Assembly: GCF_001194135.2 (NCBI RefSeq)
Contig: NC_068983.1
Coordinates: 136,284,565 to 136,348,564, forward strand
Origin: Octopus bimaculoides
Lineage: Eukaryota
Direction: 5' to 3'
Length of the DNA: 64,000 nucleotides
Shown here in pieces: positions 54,641 through 64,000 of the stretch. Positions within the stretch are counted from its first letter, which is position 1; every line of letters starts with the position of its first letter. Below the pieces are notes generated by a model, which was given only the letters and a program-made list of their open reading frames with translations, was not told where the DNA came from and did not search any database. The position numbers were made by a program, and so were the translations under genes.

Positions 54641-57419
54641 AATCTTCTCTGTTTTATCTTTCCTTAACATACAACTTTACTCACCCATGTATAACATGGG
54701 TTAGCACTACAATCAACCCTAATCAACCCTTCCTACCACTATATTACTAACTCTTTCTCAGAAATCCCCTGGCACTACTTTTCCCATTTCCTCTTATTGC
54801 TCCTTCCCTAATACTGTCTCTGTTAGTCTCTTATCCACTGGCCTTTTTCAACAACAAACTTGTTTAATTCCAAACTGTCTTGGACTATGACAAATCCTCC
54901 AATCCATGCTGATATGGCAGGCTGACTTACCTAATCCTTCACTGGGTCCATCTACTCAAACTACCCCATCACTATTACTACTGCTCACCTTCTCCTTCAC
55001 ACTAATTCCTGATACTACTCTTGCTCTTCTCCTCTCCAATCCAACTCTTTTTCTTCTGTTATTCTCTCTGATACCATCCTCTCATATCAGCAAATCTGTT
55101 TCATCCATCATGGGGGCTCTCTTTCACTTTGCAAGCTGCAAGGCAATTACAACAGTGATGGTTTCACATAAAGCACCTAGTGCACTCTGTAAGTGATTTG
55201 AGCAGTAACAATGCAGGACTTAAGGGCATTTTTTTTTAGTCTTGCTGATAGTAAAGCAACCCCTCCAGTGCTGGTGCAATGAAAAAATGCACCCAGAACA
55301 CTCTCTAAAATTATTGATGTTAGGAAGAGCGTCTTACTGTAAGAAACAAGCCAAAGTTGAGACTGCAGAGCAATATGTGGCCCCCTGAGCTGTGCAAAAT
55401 CTATAAAACCCTTCCAATTTCAAGCAACAATAATAATTTTTAACAAGGTCAAACATTTGGGAAATAAAAGAGTCTCTAAAAATGTCCAGACTTCTGCCCT
55501 AATTAATTTAGCCGATTATGCCCCACCCCAGTGTATTTGTGAATAAAATATACTACTATTTATTTAATTAACCCTTGAAGGATGAACAGCAAGCTGACCT
55601 CAACAATTTTTAACCCAGAAAATAAGGGGTTATAAATAGATGTTAAAAGGCATAATAATTAATATTATTATTACCAACAAGTATATTGTTAGTGTACCAG
55701 ACTAAATGCCTTGTAGTATTTAATTATGTCAATGTTGTGTGTTCATATCTCATAGGAGGCACCTTTATCTTTCTATTCACTGGAGTCAATAAAGTATATA
55801 CCAGTGAAGTTTTGGTGTTGCTATAATGGACTATACCCTTCACCAAAATTCAAGGCCTTGTGCCTCAGTTAGTATTAAAGTCATCAGATATTTGAATATA
55901 AAGGAACCAAATTAATAAAAGCTTTAGATGACAACACAGTATATCTGGATAAGATATTTTGTGGATTTAGTTTTGTCAAAATTCACTGAGACAAATTTTT
56001 ACCTTTTAACCAGTCAGAGTCATAAAAAAAATATTAGCAATACACAGAGCATGATTTAATTGGCTTACTAGACCAGGTGGCCTAGCTAAGATAATAGAAT
56101 GATGGGTTGGTGAGTTTATTGCATCTTCAAACAAATATGCTTTGTTCCTAGACAAATGAAATCAACACAAGGCCTTAAAAAATGGTAAAGTGTAAGATTA
56201 ATGGATGAAGTTCAAAGTTTTGAAGACATTTGGATTAATGCCAACAAGTTCTAGGTAGCAGAAGCAAAGAAGCATGGATAAGATAGAACAACAACCCAAT
56301 ATAACAGTCACATATATGCAGGAGGTTATCAGTAGAATTATCTGCCAATAAAGCAGAAGGTTATTTTTAATATCAGCAGAAGGTAGACTGCTAAACTAAC
56401 TTCTTTTTTGCCTTCAGTTTCAAACCTTTATATTTTCATTTCAAGTTCTGCTGAAGATGACTTTACTTTTTATAACTTTGATGTAGCTAAAATAAGTACC
56501 AGTATCAATAATATGTTTGGATTCAGCCAGTTGACTATATTCTTCTCCAAAATAAATTGGCCAGGGTGCAGCCTAACCAAAGTAAACCAATATTACATTA
56601 TTTAGTATTAGTCTGTCCACCTGCACATTATATTGTCAATTGACTATGAATTTTTGATTAATCCTTGTAGATGTGATATTTCCTAAAACTAAACCTGAAA
56701 TCGATAAAGTATATAGAAAAAAATGACATGAATGAAAAAATAAGAGAAATAGAAATGATTTTCAATAAATTTTGATAAAATTGTTTGAAAGATTAATGCG
56801 TTCATTAAGTAAAGCAATTCCAAATTGGAGAGCCTTCTTTTTGAAAGATCTACTCTGTCATGGCTGACCTTCACAAACTATTCCTTTTGTTGTAAGAGAT
56901 AAATGAAGGAAATCATTAAGTCGAGACATTATTATTAGCTAAATAAATTGTTTCCACTGGGAATCATTATTAAAGTTCAGAATTAATTTTCTCTTTAAGA
57001 TATTCATGAAGCTCTAGAATTTTAGTGAAGAGATAATAAAAAAGGAATTAGAGTAATAAATGAAATAAAATTTTCACAAACGGCCACAAATCTGATGGGA
57101 GGGAGCAGCTCATTATAATGATTTTATTACTCTACAAATACTTATTTTATCAGCAAGTGTGCTTTCATCCTCCCAAGCTGAGAGGATGAAAAGCACACTT
57201 GATCTCAGTGACATAATCAACTCAGAATATAGAAGTAAGTAAATACAGCAAGGTATTTTGTCTGACACTCTACCAATCTTGCCAATCCACCAACCTTACA
57301 GCTCATAAAAATAACATCACCACTATAAGTATTATCACTACAACAATATCACTAGTTTCCTATTACAAGATACTGTTGTAAGTGTCGTATTATTGTTGAC
57401 TGAGACTATGACATTATAT

Positions 57420-57775
57420 ATCATCATCATCATCATCGTTTAACATCCGTTTTCCATGCTGGCATGAGTTGGACAGTGTTACCAGGCTCCAATCTGATCT
57501 GGTAATGTTTCTACAGCTGGATGCCTTTCCTAACACCAACCACTCCGCGAATGTAGTGGGTACTTTTTACGTGCCACCAGTTCAGGAGCCAGTCAGGCGG
57601 GCCTGGCATCAACCACGTTCAGATAGTGCTTTTTACGTGCCACCAGCACGGGGGCCAGTCGGTTGGACCTGGCATTGACCGTGTTTGGTTGGTGCTTTTT
57701 ACGTGCAACCGGCAAGGGAGCCAGTCTGGAGTACTGGCATCAGCCATGTTCAGCTGGTGCTTTTCATGTGCTTTT
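57420..57775 (-). mobile_element. (GAT)n-tailed SINE with four internal ~65-bp repeats
   Basis: catcatcatcgtttaacatccgttttccatgctggcatg...; gtgctttttacgtgc-like units at ~57560, 57625, 57690 and 57755. Confidence 0.85.
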
Positions 57776-59795
57776 TAAGGCAATTAATATTCATCTATTA
57801 AAAAATATGTAACCTTGTGCCTACGTAATAAATCAATTAAGGTTATGTTGTGCAAGAAGTATCAAGCTGGGCTAAATACTTTACTGTATGTTTCTTGTAA
57901 CATATAATAATTCAGTCAACATGATGATGATGACTGAATTAGTACATATTGTTAGTGATATATACCGTAAAGTATCTCGACTAGTTGACTTCCTGTTGAA
58001 TCAGATCTTTAACTGACATATTCTTTTAGTTAATGGGTATTGCTTCTTCTTTTGCTTCTTTTATTTTTTTTTTAGATGGCATAATTAAGAGGAAAAGTAG
58101 CACCAAAAACACTTTTTTCAGAGTCTTAGACTACAGGAAGGGATACTCAGATTGGGATTTTGTTGTGAATGCTTACAACACAATGGAATCCTCAAGAGAC
58201 ACTCATAGGTCACGTGGAGGTGGTGCTAAACTGGGAGTGGGTGGAAGATTAAATCTGTCACTCATAAACAAGAGTGGTCCCTCCAATGGGCTTTCATAGA
58301 GTTTCTGTCAGCCAAAATCCATTTGCAAGCCTTTCAAAGAAGTGAGGCTATGTCAGAAGACACTTGTTCAAGGTGCTGCACAGTGGAATTGAACAAAACC
58401 TGCATAGTTGTTAAGCAAATACCCTAACCACACAATCACCCTCATGCCCATAACTGGTACTTATTTTATCGACTGTGGAAGGATATAAAGTGAAGTTATA
58501 TCTGGTAGAGTTTGAATCCAGAATGAGAGGAATGAAACTAAATACTGTAATATATTTAGTTTGGTGTGTGCTCTACCATTTCCACAACTCCACTGCTTCT
58601 CTCTTGCCAAAGTTATTTTAACATAAAAAAAAAACAAGACTAAAAAAAAAAAGGAATGATGAAAATAGTTCCCTAACATTTAACATAAAACAATATATAC
58701 AGAAATTAGAAATAATACATTTAAAAAACATCAAGTTATTTTGTGGATGTAAAATTACTGAATAACTCATTAATCAAAGTAAGAAATAATTAACATTAAT
58801 ATCTATTTTTGACTAACAGTACTAAGAAATCACATGATGTTTAATAATGTTTCTCTATAAATAATGAAACAGAAGAGTTTTAATAGCCCAGTGGTCAAGG
58901 CATTATCTTTTCAGTTGCAAGGGTTAAAGGTTCATATTATATCATTGAAGTCATTGCTTGCATCTGTCTAAAGTTCTCAAGTATTTTGTAGTTGCCTAAC
59001 TGGTTGAAATGAGTTAGCACAAGACAAATGGATTGCTGCTACAAGTACTTATTGTATTGTATTAATTAACATGCTAACTATGTGGTTATTAAATTCTACA
59101 AATTAGTAGTTATGAAATTCAGCACCATAATGAAAGAATTCTTAACTGCTGTGGTTGCCATAAGAATAGTCCCACCCCAACCCAGCTATTTATATCTTTC
59201 TTCTACATTTACTGGTTCTTTACAAGGTTCTTCTCAATAAGAAAAACCATTGTTTTAACACTAATCACTCATTTTTTTTCTCCATGGAGAGAAAACTAAA
59301 TTATATTTGATCGTCATTTGACTTAGGTAAATAGAAATTAGTTTGTCCAGTAATATGTTATATAGTTAAGTATGATTGAAACTAAATTAAACAAAAATTT
59401 TATAGCTTCTTCAGAAGATGAATGGTAGCCCCTATAACTTATTTCAGAGCTTCTGAGACTGGAAGGAAGAAATTTATCTGAAACCAGATACTGGGCATAA
59501 ATGCTTGCAACAGAGTAGATTTCAGTAAAGGATGATGTACTTATAGACTAGATGGATGGTGTTAAGCCAAGCAACGCTTTAAATCTACCTTTCCAAATAG
59601 AGAACGGCTTCTCCAATCTTCCTTGCAGAAGCTGGTGACCACATAATAGGGCCAAAGGTTTGGTTGCCTTAGGGACTATAATAAAAGACACCCAAAGTGT
59701 TACACAAATGGATTGAACCCCAAATCACATATTTGCAAAGCAAACTTCTTAACTATACAGCCATATATTATATTTACGCAGAAACTCGAGTGAGT

Positions 59796-59845
<50 letters not shown>

Positions 59846-59859
59846 AACATATTGTAGCC

Positions 59860-60600
59860 AAACAGACTAAGGTTTATTAGTGGCAACATTTGTAGCAGTT
59901 GCGTTACAGTAATAATTGCCTCGTAGCAAGTATCGGTGCAAATCACTTGTACAATAATACTCTTTAATAAAACCAATGAACGTAAAGCGAGATAGTAACA
60001 AAAAAAAGTATCTTTTCACTAAAATTAATTCAATACTTTTTCTCTACGATAATATTGTCATACGTCGTTCCTGTGAAAAACAATGAAAACGTAACTCCTA
60101 CTAGTTCAACACAAAGTTGTTTCCCTTAGACTATATATTTTTTTTCTTTTTTAAACACCAAATTGTGGTCGTTACAGATTGTCTCAGATTCCCCGAGAAA
60201 GACACCATGGAACTTTTATTGATTATAAAATTTTCCGCTCCCCCATCAATCAATAGTTCAGTTATGCGTGTTTTAAATTTTTCGATTGTTTTCACAAGAC
60301 ATTATTTAAAATATTTATCTAAATATCAGCGATCAATTGTTATTAAAATGATGAAACCGCTGTATATGTGTATATAGAACAAATTTCGAATAACAATATG
60401 TCTAGCTTGTCCAGAGGTCATATGAGTCCTTTCAACAGAGGACTGCTATTTTCAGAATGATATATACTCAACGCTAAATTGTTATAAATTTCTGAAAAAA
60501 AAAAAAAAAATCGATGGTATATGTCCGAAAATGAATTTACAATAATTACGTTATGTTGTGTAGAACATGCACATTAATTCCGAGTGGATTATATATATAT
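59860..60600. promoter_or_regulatory. CpG-retaining non-repeat island, candidate unmethylated regulatory region
   Basis: About 22 CpG in 59881-60600 versus about 2 in bases 1-720 (manual counts). No recognisable SINE or ORF inside. Confidence 0.35.
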
Positions 60601-60602
60601 AG

Positions 60603-60801
60603 TAGTGCAATACAATAGTATTGCTTCCCGCCTGCAAACATGTTTGCCAGTATATATACACAGTGAAGCTTTACTATAGCATCGTATATTATCGACTGCT
60701 ATTTCCAGTAAATATTGTTGCATTGTTGTACCACTATCTTATTACACTTTAATCTGTTGGTGCTTTGTTTTACTGGGAAGCAATACTATTGTATTGCACT
60801 A
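60603..60801. mobile_element. MITE-like element with perfect terminal inverted repeats
   Basis: tagtgcaatacaatagtattgcttccc (60603-60629) is the exact reverse complement of gggaagcaatactattgtattgcacta (60775-60801). This is 27 bp, or 25 bp plus a TA target duplication (Tc1/mariner-like). No coding capacity. Confidence 0.75.
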
Positions 60802-61129
60802 TTTAATAATTTTTTCTTTGAAAACTTTTTAACTGTTCTCAGTCTGTTGGCGGCTAGGCGCTTCAGACGAGTATACAGTGGCATTGATGGAGCGACATTT
60901 GAGATTTTGTCTAGGTGAATATAGCTGATGAGAACTAATCAAATTTACGTTAACAAACGTAAATTTGGAAAGTTCGAAATCTGGGTCCTAGATTATCCAC
61001 ATCTGGGTTGTACATTTATTTGATGTTCTTACTACAGCTAAGATGAAATCTTTTATGTTCGCCGCCTGCAAACAGTGAAGCTTTACTATAGCGTTGTATA
61101 TTATCGACTGCTATTTTCAGTAAATACTG

Positions 61130-61424
61130 GATTGCACCTAGAAAGTTACCCTCCCAAGCACAAGTCCGGGCAAGGTTGTTTTTATGGAAGACCAGCAGTC
61201 GCCCATGCATACTAGCCTCCCCTCTCCACGCCACCAGTGTTATCCAAGGGAAAGGCAAGGGCCGATACAGCTTGGCAGTTGTGACGTCGCAACTCATTTC
61301 TACAGCTGAGTGAACTGGAGCGACGTGAAATAAAGTGTCTTGCTGAAGAACACAACACGCAGCCCAGTCCGGGAATCGAACTCACAACCTCACGATGCCC
61401 TAACCACCGAGCCATGCGCCTTCA
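61130..61424 (-). mobile_element. tRNA-derived SINE, CpG-rich, well preserved
   Basis: Minus strand begins ggcgcatggctcggtggttagggc (A box) and gagttcgattccc (B box), followed by the conserved core tgttgtgttcttcagcaagacactttatttcacgtcgctccagttcactcagctg also seen at 35880-35935. Confidence 0.85.
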
Positions 61425-61617
61425 CTGCATTGTTGTACCATTTATATATATATATATATGAGGAATGCAAAAATACATTGGGAAGGTTTTTACAACCCTC
61501 TCCACTATAATTGTGATTTATTCGCAATTATACACTCTCCTTTTATATATATAAATTCCTCTATTTATATAATATCAAGGTTTCTTTCTTTCTTTTGTTG
61601 TCTTACCTTTTCTATCA

Positions 61618-61678
<61 letters not shown>

Positions 61679-62014
61679 CATGAATTTTGTTACAAGATGA
61701 AATTTCTTACAGCTTAACTAATCCTGGAGAATCGTTTGAATACTCTAGGGCAAATGGAGTTATGTACCTTACACAGTACAATACAGGTAGTACAAGTCAT
61801 ATAAGATAATTCTCATGATCAAAATCTTAACTATATTATGTCTATGTACAGTTGGATGTATATATGTATGGATGCATGCATAGCTGATAGTGGTATGATA
61901 CTGAAACATGTACCGAACATTACATATTGGAGTATACCAGCATATGTTTAAATAATACTGCAAGGTGCTTACATGATATTTAATCACAGTATAAATAAAT
62001 TCATGCAGAAATTC

Positions 62015-62082
62015 ATCATCATCATCATCGTTTTACGTCTGCTTTCCATGCTGGCATGGGTTGGACGGTTTGACTGAGGACT
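62015..62082 (-). mobile_element. 3' fragment of (GAT)n-tailed SINE
   Basis: catcatcatcgttttacgtctgctttccatgctggcatgggttggacggtttgactgaggact. Confidence 0.8.
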
Positions 62083-63152
62083 GTTCATGATCTGTTTCAA
62101 ATTCTCACAATGAATACTTGCAGTTTGCAGCATCTCATTATGCCTGCAAGGGTGGACAATAAAGCCGGTGCCCCAGCATGCCCACATCCTTTCACTGAAA
62201 CCAGTAGAAACAAAAGAAACAATATTATTGCTCAGGATATTTTGTGCTAATTTACTGTGTTAAATACTTTCATGAGATCAAAAGTCACACAAATGCCTTG
62301 TTTTGCTTCTCTACACATTTCTATAAATGGAAAAAATACTGTAAAATACTTCTTGCACATACACACACCTTTTCACTCTTTCTTTCTCTCTCACACACAC
62401 ATTTTAAACTATATTACAAAAGAAGCTATTCATCAGATAGTCAAACTTTTATTCCCTTATTCCTTTGCACCCATTGACTTATTGGTATGAGTTGTCCTCT
62501 CTTGACTTTACTAATACTACAAGAGCAATGTCTACTTGATGAACTTGCTCTTCTTGTAACGTTTGTTTTACTTTCACCTTCCAAATTCTAGACCTTACCC
62601 AAACATCTTTTCCAGAACTACTGTACTCCTTGTGGAGATAGTTTCCTTTCTATATTTCTATTCAATAAATGAATTTAAAACTCTGAGTTTAAAATGAATA
62701 CTAGTCACCTCAACTGCAATGCCTCTTACTGAAATTCATGAGAGATGAGGAGAGATAAAGTTGATGGATATAATTTCCAGTTAAATCCTGAGCATAGGTG
62801 GTACTTAGTATTTTACACTGATAATAAGAAACCACTAGTTTGCAAAAGTGTTGAAGGTTTGTAAACCAACTACTAAGCTCTGCTCAAGATTTTACACACA
62901 CTATTTCAGACCCCATAGATAGGTTATAAACAGTAAGTTTACTGCAGAATTGAAAAATGGTTTTGTTATTTGCAGAGATTTCTCGTTATTTGGTGGGAGA
63001 GTTTATTGATGCAATTAATGTAAAAATGATTAATCTAAAACTTCATGTGGAACATTTTTTTACATTGATATAATAATAAATCAAGTAATGTTAAAAGATG
63101 CTCATGAGTGAGTTTTGATTTCTGCTTGATGTCGTTTTAACTGCCTTCTATT

Positions 63153-63189
<37 letters not shown>

Positions 63190-63194
<5 letters not shown>

Positions 63195-63440
63195 CCTTTC
63201 TGTTATAGGCAGAAAACCTGGAATTTGGAGGGGGACAGTTGATTACATTGACTCCAGTATTTGACTGGCACTTAATTTATCAACCCTGAAAGGATGAAAG
63301 GCAAAGTTGACCTCGGTGAAATTTGAATAATAATAATAATGCCTTTCATCCTTTTAGGGTCAATAAAATGGGGTTGATATGATCGACTAAACTCCTCCCC
63401 TGAAATTGCTGGCCTCGTGCCAAAATTTGAAACCATTATT
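63190..63440. mobile_element. Inverted pair of SINE fragments (63715 family) around an (AAT)n spacer
   Basis: aaccctgaaaggatgaaaggc (~63282) faces gcctttcatccttttagggtc (~63341). Confidence 0.7.
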
Positions 63441-63682
63441 ATTATTATTACTGAGTGAGAGCAGTGCATGTCAGCAAAATGACACTGAGGTACAAATATA
63501 CAAAACACAATACACAGTGCAGGTGAAGCCCAGGCAGAATTTTCTTCAGGTCAAGTAGACCATTCCAGTCATAAGGCCCCTTTAAGGGTTGTTTAAGGAC
63601 AATGAATGAAACATCCCTGTTTCCAGAGGTAAATTAATTGAACCCCAAAGAATCCCACTCAACACATGGCTGCTGCTGCTGC

Positions 63683-63714
<32 letters not shown>

Positions 63715-63716
<2 letters not shown>

Positions 63717-63930
63717 TATGGTGGCAAGTTGGCAGAATCGTTAGCATACCAGGTAAATACTTAGTGACATTTTGTCCGTTTTTACATTCTGAGTTCAAAT
63801 TCCACAGTGGTCGACTTTGCCTTTCATCCTGTCAGAATTGATAAAATAGATACCATTTGAACACTGGGTTTGATGTAATCAACTCATCCCCTCCCATAAA
63901 ATTGTTCTCCTTGTGGCAAAATTTGAAGTT
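63715..63930 (+). mobile_element. tRNA-headed SINE with (ATT)n tail
   Basis: tggcagaatcgttagcatacc...ttctgagttcaaattcc...ggtcgactttgcctttcatcc...aaaatttgaa; the same family occurs at 30722, 43488, 54445, 55690, 57080, 58465 and 63190. Confidence 0.8.
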
Positions 63931-63940
63931 ATTGTTGTTG

Positions 63941-64000
<60 letters not shown>
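63920..64000. repeat. (GTT)n(ATT)n SINE-tail microsatellite
   Basis: Direct reading. Confidence 0.95.

Larger units (their letters stand above)
3786..64000 (-). other. Inferred large intron upstream of the DCP1 exon (exon 1 not found in window)
   Basis: The exon starts in phase 0 after an AG acceptor with no ATG. A manual scan for an upstream exon ending in TGG|GT, or encoding the DP[YF] motif, found none. Exon 1 could lie beyond the window or inside the N gap. Confidence 0.5.

Noticed and set aside
54683-54760. Minus-strand TGG|gtgagt donor as candidate DCP1 exon 1 end
   Set aside because: It translates to GLIRVDCSANPCYTW, which is not DCP1-like, and lies in repeat-like sequence.
57555-57775. 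CRISPR-like repeat/spacer appearance
   Set aside because: The units are internal repeats of a SINE with mutually similar 'spacers', in a eukaryotic context with no cas genes.
58076-58208. Plus-strand candidate exon (DGIIKRKSSTKNTFFRVLDYRKGYSDWDF...)
   Set aside because: The acceptor is good, but the donor (gtcacg) is weak, the protein is unrecognisable and there are no partner exons.
62597-62650. Minus-strand TGG|gtaagg donor as candidate DCP1 exon 1 end
   Set aside because: It translates to YLHKEYSSSGKDVW with an upstream stop, with no resemblance to the DCP1 N-terminus.

Overview
This is an AT-rich, repeat-dense animal genomic window, with no prokaryotic features. The (CAT)n-tailed and tRNA-headed SINE families, RTE/CR1 LINE debris and microsatellites match what I recognise from octopod cephalopods (probably Octopus); species cannot be fixed from sequence alone. 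The only protein-coding sequence I can support is one 41-nt minus-strand exon (3745-3785) encoding ERTSIEGTLFVYR(R), the EVH1-domain motif of the mRNA-decapping activator DCP1. I found neither the upstream nor the downstream DCP1 exon, so nearly the whole window is probably intron. The rest is decayed LINEs (RTE, CR1/jockey-like, a possible Penelope scrap), many SINEs, a MITE-like element, microsatellites and two assembly gaps. Almost all ORFs in the supplied track are spurious or TE debris. Worth a second look: a ~500-bp foldback of two tRNA-headed SINE arms, each carrying a degenerate minimal hammerhead-ribozyme motif; a separate hammerhead-like fold at ~60.9 kb; and a sharp CpG-retaining island at ~60 kb. 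I found no convincing novel multi-gene system. Repeat boundaries are read by eye and approximate.
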